Origin: Oscillospiraceae bacterium
Lineage (GTDB): Bacteria; Bacillota; Clostridia; Oscillospirales; Ruminococcaceae
Reading direction: 5' to 3'
Length of the DNA stretch: 64,000 nt
Assembly (NCBI GenBank): GCA_009783695.1
Contig: WRCY01000004.1
Location: 8 to 64,007, forward strand
Position numbers and translations under genes: made by a program. Below, piece after piece: positions 1 through 9,628 of the stretch. The notes beneath the pieces were generated by a model. It searched no databases and was not told where the DNA came from. It saw nothing but the letters and a program-made list of their open reading frames with translations. The stretch's first letter is position 1; each line of letters opens with the position of its first letter.

Positions 1-1
1 C

Positions 2-631
2 GTCATAAAAGTCGAGCCCGCCTCCGGCAACGCCACGCTTGAAATAAACGGCTCGGAAGTCATGCTTTTCAAGGGCGACCAAATCCCCGACGAAGAAATA
101 AATCAGGGCGATATCATAAAGGTCTATGTTTCGGGCGTATCCGCAAACGACCGCCGCCCCACGCTCAAGATTTCCCGCACGCACAAGGAGCTTGTCAAGC
201 GGCTGTTCGAGCTTGAGGTTCCCGAGATTTACGACGGCGTGGTGGAAGTGCGCGCTGTTTCCCGCGAGCCCGGGCAACGCAGCAAGATGGCGGTAATCAG
301 CAACGACCCGAACGTCGACGCCGTGGGCTCCTGCATCGGCCCGTCGAGAAGCCGCGTGTCCCGTATTTGCAACGAGCTCTGCGGCGAAAAAATAGACATC
401 ATCACCTGGTCGGAAGACCCGAAAGAATTTATAAAACAAGCACTCCGCCCCGCCGAAGTCGTCGACGTTGACATTCCCGACGAGGAAATCCGCGCCTGCG
501 CCGTCACCGTGCCCGACAATCAACTCTCGCTCGCAATCGGCAACAAGGGGCAGAACGCAAAGCTTGCCGCAAGGTTAACGGGCTTTAAAATCGACATTAA
601 GCCCGAAAGCGGCTTCTTTGAACAGGAATAA
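2..631 (+). CDS. nusA: Transcription termination/antitermination factor NusA, C-terminal part (5' end lies outside the window)
   Basis: Frame is open from the window edge. S1/KH-type motifs are present (LFELEVPEI, DAVGSCIGPSRSRV, LSLAIGNKGQNAKLAARLTG). Followed by the ylxR-ylxQ-infB synteny. Confidence 0.93.
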   Translation, partial: VIKVEPASGNATLEINGSEVMLFKGDQIPDEEINQGDIIKVYVSGVSANDRRPTLKISRTHKELVKRLFELEVPEIYDGVVEVRAVSREPGQRSKMAVISNDPNVDAVGSCIGPSRSRVSRICNELCGEKIDIITWSEDPKEFIKQALRPAEVVDVDIPDEEIRACAVTVPDNQLSLAIGNKGQNAKLAARLTGFKIDIKPESGFFEQE

Positions 632-633
632 GC

Positions 634-702
634 TTGAAAATAAACACAATTGAATCGGGGAAAACATTGTTTTCATTATTCGTTTGTTAAAGAAAGGACT
701 TA
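634..702 (+). repeat. Leader/intercistronic cassette copy LC1 (precedes ylxR)
   Basis: TTGAAAATAAA...GAATCGGGGAAAACattGTTTTCATTATTC...AAGAAAGGACTTA; starts 3 nt after the nusA stop codon. Confidence 0.8.
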
Positions 703-972
703 ATGGAAATAATCATGGAACGTAAAATCCCAATCCGCAAATGCGTGGGCTGTGCGGAACACTCGGGCAAAAGGGAGCTTATCCGCGTTGTGCGCAGCAA
801 GGACGGTGAGGTTTCTCTCGACTTCACGGGCAAGAAATCCGGGCGCGGGGCTTATATCTGCAAAGACGCGCAGTGCCTCATAAAAGCCCATAAAAAGAAA
901 AGCCTCGAGCGCGGCTTAAAATGCGAAATCCCCGCCGAGGTTTATAAAAAACTTGAGGAAGAATTAAAGTGA
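703..972 (+). CDS. ylxR: YlxR/RnpM family (DUF448) RNA-binding protein
   Basis: IPIRKCVGC...RELIRVV...GRGAYIC motif; located between nusA and infB. By analogy with other cassette copies the start may be the ATG at 715. Confidence 0.85.
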   Translation: MEIIMERKIPIRKCVGCAEHSGKRELIRVVRSKDGEVSLDFTGKKSGRGAYICKDAQCLIKAHKKKSLERGLKCEIPAEVYKKLEEELK

Positions 973-1253
973 AAAACTTTGCGCAAAACCTCGGCTTATG
1001 CCGAAAAGCAGGAGCGCTTGAAATAGGCTTTGACGCTGCTGTCACGGCTATGAAATTCGGCAAAGTCAAAGGTCTTCTCATAAGCTCGGACATATCCGTT
1101 AAAACTTTGAAAGAAATTAAGTTTCACGCAGAAAAATATAAAACTGACGTAGTTTATCTGCCGGGCGATAAAACGGAAGTCGGCAATATAATCGGTATAA
1201 GTGCAGGAGTTATCGCCGTAACAAACGAGGGGCTCTTCTCGCTGTTTAAATAA
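969..1253 (+). CDS. ylxQ: L7Ae-family ribosomal-protein-like YlxQ
   Basis: About 94 aa with a GTG start overlapping the ylxR stop; canonical position between ylxR and infB. Confidence 0.78.
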   Translation: MKNFAQNLGLCRKAGALEIGFDAAVTAMKFGKVKGLLISSDISVKTLKEIKFHAEKYKTDVVYLPGDKTEVGNIIGISAGVIAVTNEGLFSLFK

Positions 1254-1254
1254 A

Positions 1255-1300
1255 TAAAAATCCGCGTAAGCGGCACAACAATTATTAATTGTTAATTATC
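1255..1300. repeat. GC hairpin plus AT-rich ATTATT-type tail (repeat family 3)
   Basis: ccgcgtaagcgg hairpin followed by cacaacaattattaattgttaattatc. Related tails occur at 3834-3918, 29155-29271 and 40609-40662. Confidence 0.55.
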
Positions 1301-1328
1301 AACACATACTTATCTTGGGGGAAAATGA

Positions 1329-3833
1329 ATGGAAGCAACAAAATATAAACTTAAGGACGCGGCAAAGCACCTCGGAATTACACCGCAGGAGATTACCGCC
1401 CTGCTCAAGGACCACCTTGACGCTCCGAAAAAACCGGCGACCGTTCCTCTTACTGTGGAGGAGTTCGACGTTATTTTGGAAATCGTCACGCGTAAGAACG
1501 AGGTGGCGAATTTCGATGCGTTCTTCGCTATGCGCAAGAAAGCGGAGCCGAAGCCCGAGCCTAAGAAACCGGCGGCGAAAAAGCCGGCAGTTAAAACTGC
1601 CGCTGATAAAACCGCTCCGGCGAAGCCCGGCGAAAAGATAAAACCCGTGCGCCCGAAGCCGGCAGCGAAACCCGCTGTCCAGCAGCAGCCGCCCGCCCCC
1701 AAGAAACCCAAATCCACACTCACCCCGAGGCCGATTAAAGCCGCGGTTGATATTAACACCGTCAAAGTCAACGACCCGCCCAGAGTGCGCCAGAAGGGCG
1801 AAGCCGTTCAGCGCGGCGAGCAGGTCACCAAGCGTGTCGACACCCGCGGAAGCTATGTCGAGCTCGACAAGTACAACGAGCGTTACGACAAGATGGGACA
1901 GAGCAGCAGCTTTACGGGAGGCGGATTCGGTGGCAAGGGCGGCGACTTCCGAAACAAGCAGAAGATTAACCAGAAGTCGCAGCAGCATAAGAAGCAGCAG
2001 TTCGGCAAGCGCGAAACAGAAGCGCAGAAGCTCGAAAGGCTCAAGCTTGAAAAAGCCCGCAAGCAGCAGCTTCGCGTGCTTATTCCCGATGAGATTAACG
2101 TAGGCGAACTCGCAACAAGACTGAAAGCCACGGCGTCCGCCGTCATCAAGAAGCTGATGGGGCTCGGCATAATGGCGACAATCAGCCAGACTATAGACTA
2201 CGACACCGCCGCGCTCGTAGCGGAGGAAATGGGCGCAAAGGTCGAGCGCGAAATTATCGTAACTATTGAAGAACGCCTGTTCGAGGAAATCGAGGACACC
2301 GACGAGAACCTGCAGCCCCGCTCGCCCGTGGTGGTCGTCATGGGGCACGTTGACCACGGTAAAACGTCGCTGCTTGACCGCATCCGCAACGCGAACGTTG
2401 TTTCCGGCGAGGCGGGAGGCATCACCCAGCACATCGGTGCTTACCGCGTAAAAGCGGGCGGCGTTAACGGAAAAGGCGGAAAAGACATCACATTCCTCGA
2501 CACCCCCGGGCACGAAGCGTTCACCGCCATGCGCAAAAGAGGCGCTGGCGTTACGGATATAGCGATTTTAGTTGTCGCCGCCGACGACGGCATAATGCCG
2601 CAGACGGTCGAGGCGATTTCCCATGCGAAAGCCGCGGGAGTGACTATTATTGTCGCGATTAACAAAATCGACAAGGAAGCCGCGAACCCTGAGCGCATCA
2701 AGCAGGAGCTCACCGAACACGGGCTGGTAATCGAGGACTGGGGCGGCGATATAATCTGCGTGCCTGTTTCGGCGAAGCAAGGTACGAACATCGACCAGCT
2801 TCTCGAGATGATTAACCTCACTGCCGACGTCATGGAGCTCCGCGCAAATCCCGACAGGCAGGCAGTCGGCACTGTTATAGAGGCGTTCCTCGACAAGGGA
2901 CGCGGCCCCATCGCAACGATGTTAGTGCAAAAAGGTACGCTTAATACGGGCGATGTGTTAATCGCAGGAACTTCAATCGGGCGCGTGCGCGTAATGCGCG
3001 ACGACAAGGGCAAGGTTATAAAATCAGCCGGCCCCAGCGTTCCTGTTGAAATCATGGGGCTTGCGGAAGTGCCTAACGCAGGCGATAACTTCGCGGTTGT
3101 AGCCGACGAAAAGCTTGCACGCGAGCTTGTCGACAAGCGCAAGCACGAAGCTAAGGAAGAAAAGTTTAATCTTTATCAAAAGGTCACACTCGACAATCTG
3201 TTCAGCCAAATCGAAGAGGGCACGGTGAAAGAGCTTCCGCTTATTGTCAAAGCCGACGTTCACGGCTCGGTCGAAGCAGTCAAGCAATCGCTTGAAAAGC
3301 TGTCAACCAAGGAAGTGCGCGTGCGCGTGATTCACGGCGCGGTCGGCGCGGTGAACGAGAGCGACGTCATGCTCGCCTCCGCGAGCGGCGCGATAATCAT
3401 AGGCTTCAACGTCCGCCCGCACCCTGCCGCCTCTGAGAGCGCGGAACGCGACGACGTTGAAATCCGCACCTACAGAATTATCTATGACGCAATCGAAGAA
3501 GTTGAAACGGCAATGAAAGGCATGCTCGCGCCCAAGTACCGCGAAATCGAGCAGGCGAGAATCGAAGTCCGCAACGTCTTCAAAATTACAGGCTCCGGCA
3601 TTATCGCCGGCTGCTACGTGCAGGACGGCAAGGTTCTGCGCAGCAACGAAATCCGCGTAGTTCGCGACGGCATAGTCGTAAACGTCGATAAAATCAGCAG
3701 CCTGCGCCGCTTCAAGGACGACGTGAAGGAAGTCGCGTCCGGCTACGAATGTGGAATCAGCCTGCAGCACTTCAGCGATATAAAAGAGGGCGACATTTTT
3801 GAAGCATTCATGATAGAGGAATATCGCGATTAA
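1329..3833 (+). CDS. infB: Translation initiation factor IF-2
   Basis: 834 aa. Lys/Pro-rich N-terminus, then GTPase motifs [13 protein letters not shown] and NKID. SD sequence tggggga lies upstream. Confidence 0.97.
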   Translation: MEATKYKLKDAAKHLGITPQEITALLKDHLDAPKKPATVPLTVEEFDVILEIVTRKNEVANFDAFFAMRKKAEPKPEPKKPAAKKPAVKTAADKTAPAKPGEKIKPVRPKPAAKPAVQQQPPAPKKPKSTLTPRPIKAAVDINTVKVNDPPRVRQKGEAVQRGEQVTKRVDTRGSYVELDKYNERYDKMGQSSSFTGGGFGGKGGDFRNKQKINQKSQQHKKQQFGKRETEAQKLERLKLEKARKQQLRVLIPDEINVGELATRLKATASAVIKKLMGLGIMATISQTIDYDTAALVAEEMGAKVEREIIVTIEERLFEEIEDTDENLQPRSPVVVVMGHVDHGKTSLLDRIRNANVVSGEAGGITQHIGAYRVKAGGVNGKGGKDITFLDTPGHEAFTAMRKRGAGVTDIAILVVAADDGIMPQTVEAISHAKAAGVTIIVAINKIDKEAANPERIKQELTEHGLVIEDWGGDIICVPVSAKQGTNIDQLLEMINLTADVMELRANPDRQAVGTVIEAFLDKGRGPIATMLVQKGTLNTGDVLIAGTSIGRVRVMRDDKGKVIKSAGPSVPVEIMGLAEVPNAGDNFAVVADEKLARELVDKRKHEAKEEKFNLYQKVTLDNLFSQIEEGTVKELPLIVKADVHGSVEAVKQSLEKLSTKEVRVRVIHGAVGAVNESDVMLASASGAIIIGFNVRPHPAASESAERDDVEIRTYRIIYDAIEEVETAMKGMLAPKYREIEQARIEVRNVFKITGSGIIAGCYVQDGKVLRSNEIRVVRDGIVVNVDKISSLRRFKDDVKEVASGYECGISLQHFSDIKEGDIFEAFMIEEYRD

Positions 3834-3918
3834 TGAATAATTAACAATTAATAATGAAAATCGTCACAAAGCGGCACAATAAATATTCACTATTATTTAT
3901 TCATTATTAATTATTAAA
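3834..3918. repeat. Repeat family 3 (AT-rich ATTATT tail)
   Basis: aattaacaattaataatg...aagcggcacaataaatattcactattatttattcattattaattattaa. Confidence 0.5.
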
Positions 3919-3930
3919 CCGGAGGTTTAA

Positions 3931-4344
3931 ATGCCACACAACACACAACGCATATCCGAAGATATAAAACGTGAAATCTCAGCAAGTATCCGCGAGCTCG
4001 GCGACGAGCGCCTTGACGGCGCGTTTGCGGCTGTTTCGCGCTGCGAGGTAAGCAACGAGCTTTCGCACTGCAAGATTTATATTTCCGCGCATGGCGGCGA
4101 AGAGAAAACGCAGGAAATAGTCGCCGTTCTGCAAGGCGCGGCGGGCTTTTTCAAAAAGCGTATCAACGGCAGAATCAAGATGCGGAAAATACCCGAGCTT
4201 AAATTTATTCCCGACAACACACTGGATTATTACGATAAAATAAGCGGTATTATTGAAAGCTCCAAGAGGGCTCAAGATATTGCCGCCGGCGGCCCGCCGG
4301 CAGACAGCACTAAAAGAGGGACTGATAATGTCACAAGCGATTAG
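3931..4344 (+). CDS. rbfA: Ribosome-binding factor A
   Basis: Follows infB. Shows the RbfA-like pattern (RISEDIKREIS...VSRCEVSNELSHCKIYIS...PELKF). The C-terminal tail overlaps the nrnA start. Confidence 0.88.
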   Translation: MPHNTQRISEDIKREISASIRELGDERLDGAFAAVSRCEVSNELSHCKIYISAHGGEEKTQEIVAVLQGAAGFFKKRINGRIKMRKIPELKFIPDNTLDYYDKISGIIESSKRAQDIAAGGPPADSTKRGTDNVTSD

Positions 4345-5272
4345 CTTAAAGGAGACGGCGGAGTTGCTTCTCGCAAGTGACAACTTCGTCATAATCTGCC
4401 ACGCCTCGCCTGACGGCGACACGCTCGGCGGTGCGTTTGCTTTGTGCGGAGCGCTGCAAAAACTGCAGAAGCGCGCAAAGGTACGAGTCCCGGAAGAAGT
4501 TTCCGAACGCTTTAATTATCTTAAAAGCGGCATTGAGGAGCAGGAGTTCAGCGAGGAATTCATCATCACTGTAGACGTTGCGGACGCGGCTCTGCTCGGC
4601 AGCTTGCAGGACAAGTATCCGGTGCCTGACCTGTGTATCGACCACCATGTTTCAAACACCGGCTATACAAAGAATCTGCTTCTCGACAGTGAGGCGGCGG
4701 CGGCGTGCGAGATTGTTTTCGAGCTTATAAAGCTGCTCGGCAGCGGTATTATAAGCAGTGAGATAGCCTCATGCCTGTACACCGGCATCTCCACGGACAC
4801 CGGCTGCTTCCGCTTCTCAAACACCACGGCCGCTTCGCACAGAATCACCGCAGAGCTCATGGAGTACGGATTTGACTGCGCGGGGCTCAACTATCTGCTT
4901 TTTGAAATGCGCACGAAACAGCGCATAGAGCTTGAAAAAAAAGCGCTCGAAAGCGCCGAGTTTTATTTCAGCGGGCGTTGCGCGATGATTACCCTGACCG
5001 GGGAAATGCTGAAAGCCGCGGACGACGAGGATATAAATGCCATCAGCTCGATGCCCAGGCAGATTGACGGCGTCGAGGTGGGCGTGACATTCAAGCAGAA
5101 AGAAGAGGGCGTCTGGAAAGTTTCAATCCGTACCAAAAACTATATGAATGCACAGGTAATCTGCGCAAAATTCGGCGGCGGCGGACACCAGCGTGCCGCA
5201 GGCTGCAGGATTACCGGCGATATGCAGGACTGTAAAACAAAAATACTTACAGAAATAGAGCGACATATATAA
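4328..5272 (+). CDS. nrnA: DHH/DHHA1 phosphoesterase (NrnA-type oligoribonuclease/pAp phosphatase)
   Basis: DGDTLGG, DHH and GGGH motifs. Start moved to the ATG at 4328 (MSQAISLKE), in frame with ORF 4253. Confidence 0.85.
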   Translation: MSQAISLKETAELLLASDNFVIICHASPDGDTLGGAFALCGALQKLQKRAKVRVPEEVSERFNYLKSGIEEQEFSEEFIITVDVADAALLGSLQDKYPVPDLCIDHHVSNTGYTKNLLLDSEAAAACEIVFELIKLLGSGIISSEIASCLYTGISTDTGCFRFSNTTAASHRITAELMEYGFDCAGLNYLLFEMRTKQRIELEKKALESAEFYFSGRCAMITLTGEMLKAADDEDINAISSMPRQIDGVEVGVTFKQKEEGVWKVSIRTKNYMNAQVICAKFGGGGHQRAAGCRITGDMQDCKTKILTEIERHI

Positions 5273-5275
5273 GAA

Positions 5276-5429
5276 CCTGTTTAGTATCTCCGAACGAGTG
5301 GGTTTGAGAGCGAAATTTTCGTCAGACAAGGCGAATTTTCGCAGCAAGGATTTGTTCCTTGCAAGAGAATTTAACGCAGTATGGCGGAAATTTAGCCGAG
5401 AACCCGCCGTGAGCGAGATACTAAACAGG
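5276..5429. repeat. Palindromic MITE-like element PE-A (154 bp)
   Basis: Perfect 15-bp terminal inverted repeats: cctgtttagtatctc at 5276-5290 and gagatactaaacagg at 5415-5429. The arms pair internally. Starts 4 nt after the nrnA stop. Confidence 0.8.
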
Positions 5430-5452
5430 CTATAAACAATAAGGAAAAATAG

Positions 5453-5529
5453 TTTGAAACAAAATCCTCGTGAATCGGGGAAAACGATGTTTCAAAGCAC
5501 TTTTGTGCAGAAAGGACATGGTAATAATT
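5453..5529 (+). repeat. Leader cassette copy LC2 (precedes lipoprotein gene)
   Basis: TTTGAAACAAAATCC..GAATCGGGGAAAACGATGTTTC...GTGCAGAAAGGACATGG..ATG. Confidence 0.8.
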
Positions 5530-6255
5530 ATGAAAAAACTTATTTGCATTTTAACACTTATCGCTATGCTGGCAGGGCTTGCAGCCTGCAAAAAGGACGA
5601 GCCCGTGCCTATTGAGCCCGAACCGGACGTCTTCGACTGGGATACTTTTGAGCTTTATACGATTTTTACCGACGTATATCAGAACAATAACATCACAATC
5701 CCGTATCCGCAAATCGATGAACTTCTCGACGTGAACCTGCAGGCAAACATTAACCTTTTGATTCAAGCATGGGCGCTTGAAATACTCGAGAATTACGAGG
5801 ATGATTATTACAATTATTTAACGCTCGAAATGGACTATGAGGTTACGCGGACAAGCGACAATTTAATGAGCGCTGTATTCCGCGGGACAGCCTTTGCTGA
5901 GGGCGACGCTCACCCGAGCCATATACTCTACACAGTTAATGTAGATACCGTGGTCGGTGTGGAGGTTGCGTTAGTCGATGTGGTTACACTGAATGACGAG
6001 TTCGTTGAAATATTCAAAGCGCACGCAGTAACGGCAACTCCCGACGCCGATAGTTATATCAAGGAAAACGACAACGAATTCTTGCTCGGCAAATTCAGAA
6101 GCGCTGATATGTTCGGCGGCTCCGACACTTTCTCATATTACACGGACGACAGCATTGTAATCTGCATGGCTGTTCCGCACGCAATCGGCGGCTATGCGGA
6201 ATTCGAGCTTCGCTATGACGACCTGGGAGAGCTTCTTCACGAAATGCGGATATAA
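5530..6255 (+). CDS. Putative lipoprotein (possibly DUF3298/DUF4163-like; tentative)
   Basis: Signal peptide with lipobox (LAGLAAC). The start at 5530 follows the cassette; the upstream part of ORF 5470 is cassette read-through. Confidence 0.75.
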   Translation: MKKLICILTLIAMLAGLAACKKDEPVPIEPEPDVFDWDTFELYTIFTDVYQNNNITIPYPQIDELLDVNLQANINLLIQAWALEILENYEDDYYNYLTLEMDYEVTRTSDNLMSAVFRGTAFAEGDAHPSHILYTVNVDTVVGVEVALVDVVTLNDEFVEIFKAHAVTATPDADSYIKENDNEFLLGKFRSADMFGGSDTFSYYTDDSIVICMAVPHAIGGYAEFELRYDDLGELLHEMRI

Positions 6256-6261
6256 TCAGTT

Positions 6262-6345
6262 GACTTGATTGTATGGTTGATAGCACGCCGGCAGCGTAAA
6301 AGCGAGCTTACCGCCGTGAGCGAGATATTAAGCAGGCTCTTAAAG
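6262..6345. repeat. Composite fragment of palindromic repeat families
   Basis: ttgattgtatggttgata (compare 27590 and 31060) plus ccgccgtgagcgagatattaagcaggct, which matches the right end of PE-A. Confidence 0.6.
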
Positions 6346-6358
6346 GAACATTAAAAAT

Positions 6359-7279
6359 ATGGACGGCATAATTTGCATTTATAAACCTCAGAACTTTACG
6401 TCGTTCGACGTTGTTGCAATAGTACGCAAGCTTTTTAAAACCCGCAAGGTAGGGCACGGCGGAACGCTTGACCCTATGGCTGAGGGCGTGCTTCCGGTCT
6501 TTTTAGGCAGCGCCACCCGCGTTGTGGACTTTCAAATCGACAACGACAAGGAATACGTCGCGGGTTTCCGCTTCGGCGTCACCACAAATACGCAGGATAT
6601 AACCGGTGAAATTGTTTCTGTCAGTGACCGGTATATCTCCCGTAACAAGATGATTTTCATCGAGCGGAAAACAGGCGAAATCGAGCAGATTCCGCCTATG
6701 TTTTCGGCAGTGCAGGTAGACGGGAAGCGGCTTTATGAGCTTGCACGCAAAGGCGAGGAAGTCGAGCGCAAGCCCCGCAAAGCGATTATCCACAGCATAA
6801 AAGTTGAGCACTACGCCGATAATGAGGGCATTATGCGCGTAAATTGCTCGAAGGGCACATATATAAGGACGCTGATTCACGACATCGGGCAGGAGTTCGG
6901 CGCGGGCGCGGTTATGACCTCGCTCGTGCGGACGAAGTCCGGCGTGTTCACGACTGATGACTGCCATAAAATCGACGACCTGCGCGAGCTCGTGAAGCGC
7001 GAGGGAGCCGAGGCTCTGCGCGGGCTGCTGATGCCGCCGGACAAGCTGTTTGAGGCTTATCCGAAAGCGCAGCTTGACGCGGTACAGACGGATTTCTTCA
7101 AGAACGGGGTTCGCCTCGCCGCCGACAGAATCCGCTTTGAGCGGATATATAACGGCACCTACAGACTTTACGGAAGTGACAGAACAATGGTTGCGCTCGC
7201 GCAAATCGCAGAGGACCACTCGCTAAAAATAATCCAGCGGCTGGGCGCACCCGAGGTAGTGATTGAAAATGAAGAATAA
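6359..7279 (+). CDS. truB: tRNA pseudouridine(55) synthase TruB
   Basis: GHGGTLDPMAEGVLPV catalytic motif; 306 aa; canonical neighbourhood with ribF. Confidence 0.95.
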   Translation: MDGIICIYKPQNFTSFDVVAIVRKLFKTRKVGHGGTLDPMAEGVLPVFLGSATRVVDFQIDNDKEYVAGFRFGVTTNTQDITGEIVSVSDRYISRNKMIFIERKTGEIEQIPPMFSAVQVDGKRLYELARKGEEVERKPRKAIIHSIKVEHYADNEGIMRVNCSKGTYIRTLIHDIGQEFGAGAVMTSLVRTKSGVFTTDDCHKIDDLRELVKREGAEALRGLLMPPDKLFEAYPKAQLDAVQTDFFKNGVRLAADRIRFERIYNGTYRLYGSDRTMVALAQIAEDHSLKIIQRLGAPEVVIENEE

Positions 7280-8129
7280 TCAAACTTGCGCAGCGACGTG
7301 CATTGCGCTCGGCTGCTTTGACGGCGTGCATTTAGGGCATAAGGAAGTAATAAATACCGCGCTTTCCCTAAATCAATATGAGCCGGCGGTGTTTACTTTT
7401 AAAAGTCGTATGACCGATAATATCACAACCGACCGTACAAAGCACAGATTGCTGACCAATCTCGGCGTCCGGCACATTTTTTCCTATGACTTTCAAAAAA
7501 TCAGGGACTTATCACCCGGGCAGTTCGTTTCGGAAATACTGCTCAAAAATCATAACGCAGAAGCCGTCTGCTGCGGTTGGGATTTCCGGTTCGGCAGGGG
7601 GGCGCAGGGGGGCGCAGACGACCTTGCAAAAATCTGCAAAAAGCACGGCGTTATGACTATTATAATCCCGCCGCTTGAAATCGACGGCATACCCGTAAGC
7701 TCGACGCTGATACGCAGGCTTATCGCGGAGGGCGGCGTAGAGCAGGTGAATTCTCTGCTCGGTCACAAGTTTTCCTATGAGCTTCGGGTCGTCGGCGGAA
7801 ACATGCTCGGCCGTACCATCGGCTTCCCCACCATCAATCAGAATATGCCGAAAAACTGCGTTGTTCCCCGCTTTGGCGTTTATAAGAGCAGGGTCATTAT
7901 CAAAAACGAAATATACGACGGCATAACCAACATAGGCGTAAAACCCACAGCCGGAGAGAACGGGAACATAATGATTGAAACGCATATTATCGGCTACGAC
8001 GGCGACTTGTACGGCAGGATAATCAGAGTATGCCTGATGAAATTTATCCGCCCTGAAAAGAAGTTTAATGATTTCACAGAGCTCGCCGCACAAATAGAGA
8101 AAGACATCGAGGTATCATTAAATGGTTAG
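7263..8129 (+). CDS. ribF: Bifunctional riboflavin kinase / FAD synthetase
   Basis: GCFDGVHLGH N-terminal motif and the riboflavin-kinase C-terminal half (GFPTIN...HI). Start is either TTG at 7263 or ATG at 7269. Confidence 0.92.
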   Translation: MKMKNNQTCAATCIALGCFDGVHLGHKEVINTALSLNQYEPAVFTFKSRMTDNITTDRTKHRLLTNLGVRHIFSYDFQKIRDLSPGQFVSEILLKNHNAEAVCCGWDFRFGRGAQGGADDLAKICKKHGVMTIIIPPLEIDGIPVSSTLIRRLIAEGGVEQVNSLLGHKFSYELRVVGGNMLGRTIGFPTINQNMPKNCVVPRFGVYKSRVIIKNEIYDGITNIGVKPTAGENGNIMIETHIIGYDGDLYGRIIRVCLMKFIRPEKKFNDFTELAAQIEKDIEVSLNG

Positions 8130-9474
8130 AACACGCTTCGCTCCAAGCCCCACAGGCTTCATGCACCTCGGCGTGCTGCGTACCGCGCTGTACGCGTGGC
8201 TTTACGCGAGAAAGAATAAAGGTACGTTCATACTGCGAATCGAGGACACTGACCGGGCGCGCTACGTTGAGGGCGCGGTCGATGTGATTTACAGCACGCT
8301 TAAAACCTGCGGGCTTCACTGGGACGAGGGCCCGGAACGGGGAACGCCCTGCGGCGAGTATTCCGAAACCGGTAATTACGGTCCGTACTTTCAAAGTGAG
8401 CGCAAGGACTCATACATGAAATACTCAGAGCTGCTCATCGAAAAAGGCGCGGCATACCGCAAGGACGGCGCGGTCTGGCAGAAGATACCCACTGCGGGAA
8501 GCACAAGCTTCCGCGACGAGGTTTACGGCGAAATAACAGTCGAAAACAGCGAAATAGAAGACCAGGTACTGATTAAGTCCGACGGCATGCCCACTTATAA
8601 TTTCGCAAACGTCATCGACGACCATCTGATGGAAATCACGCATATAATCCGCGGCAGCGAGTTTTTGTCGTCCACACCTAAGTATATTCTTCTCTACGAG
8701 GCGCTCGGCTGGAAGCCGCCCGTTTTTATTCACGTCGCGCCAATTATGCGGGACGCGGGCAATAAGCTCTCCAAGCGCGACGGCGACGCCTACTTCAGCG
8801 ATTTTATCGACAAAGGTTACTTAGTCGAAGCCGTGATTAACTACATCGCGCTGCTCGGCTGGTCGCCGGGCGGAGAGAACGAGTTTTTCACGCTCAGCGA
8901 GCTTGTCGGGGCGTTTGATTTGAGCGGCGTTTCAAAGTCGCCGGCGATTTTCGACGAAGTGAAAATGCGTGCAATAAATGCGCATTATATCCGCAGCCTC
9001 ACGCCCGAGAAGTTCAAGGAAACCGCGAAGCCGTATGTAAAACCTTATATCTGTAAGGACGGGCAGTGTGCAGTTGCAAACTGCGACGCTCTTTTTGCCG
9101 CACTACAGCCGCGAACAGAAGTGCTGACCGACATAACGCCTCAGATTGACTTTATCTCCGCAGCCTGCGACCATGAAATTGAATTATATAACAACAAGAA
9201 AATGAAAACCACGCTCGAAACCGCGCTCGTTGCGCTCGGCGAGGCGCTCCGTGCTCTTGAGGAGCATGAGCTTGACCGTGACGAAATCTTCACCGCTTTC
9301 AAGGCGCTCGCAGACGACGCCGGGGTCAAGGTCGGATACTTCCTGTATCCGCTGCAAATCGCGCTGACCGGCAAGCAGTCGGCGCCGGGCGGCGGGCTCG
9401 ATATATGCATTATGCTCGGCAAGGACGAATCAATAAAGAGAATTAAAACAGCCATAGAAAGGCTTAAAACTTAA
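8122..9474 (+). CDS. gltX: Glutamate--tRNA ligase
   Basis: RFAPSPTGFMHLG (HIGH region) and KLSKRDG (KMSKS region). The start overlaps the ribF stop. Confidence 0.94.
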   Translation: MVRTRFAPSPTGFMHLGVLRTALYAWLYARKNKGTFILRIEDTDRARYVEGAVDVIYSTLKTCGLHWDEGPERGTPCGEYSETGNYGPYFQSERKDSYMKYSELLIEKGAAYRKDGAVWQKIPTAGSTSFRDEVYGEITVENSEIEDQVLIKSDGMPTYNFANVIDDHLMEITHIIRGSEFLSSTPKYILLYEALGWKPPVFIHVAPIMRDAGNKLSKRDGDAYFSDFIDKGYLVEAVINYIALLGWSPGGENEFFTLSELVGAFDLSGVSKSPAIFDEVKMRAINAHYIRSLTPEKFKETAKPYVKPYICKDGQCAVANCDALFAALQPRTEVLTDITPQIDFISAACDHEIELYNNKKMKTTLETALVALGEALRALEEHELDRDEIFTAFKALADDAGVKVGYFLYPLQIALTGKQSAPGGGLDICIMLGKDESIKRIKTAIERLKT

Positions 9475-9545
9475 AATAAAACCCTCGTGAAGCGGGGAAA
9501 ATGTTGTTTTTTAAAACCTCTTGTTCAGAAAGGACATAAGGAAAA
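9472..9545 (+). repeat. Leader cassette copy LC3 (orphan upstream copy, in tandem with LC4)
   Basis: TTAAAATAAAACCC..GAAGCGGGGAAAATGTTGTTTTTT...GTTCAGAAAGGACATAAGG. The gltX stop codon TAA lies inside its 5' box. Confidence 0.7.
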
Positions 9546-9549
9546 CAAG

Positions 9550-9628
9550 TTTGAAAATAAATATAATTAAATCGGGGAAAACGAAACTTTTCATTTCCCG
9601 CCCGTGAGGAAAGGACTTGAGTGAAAAT
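9550..9628 (+). repeat. Leader cassette copy LC4 (precedes ABC ATPase)
   Basis: TTTGAAAATAAAT..AAATCGGGGAAAACGAAACTTTTCATTTCCC..GTGAGGAAAGGACTTGAGTGAAAATATG. Confidence 0.85.

Noticed and set aside
1299-2513. A 404-aa ORF antisense to infB, plus further overlapping ORFs at 1310-1771, 1747-2103 and 2441-3142.
   Set aside because: It lies entirely inside the strongly supported IF-2 gene. Long shadow ORFs are expected on the opposite strand of GC-rich, Lys/Glu/Ala-rich coding sequence. It has no SD and a low-complexity translation.
8122-8140. A T-box leader for gltX and a TPP or other riboswitch for thiI.
   Set aside because: The gltX start overlaps the ribF stop, so there is no leader. The thiI upstream region lacks TPP-riboswitch core motifs and is fully explained by the 80-bp repeats.
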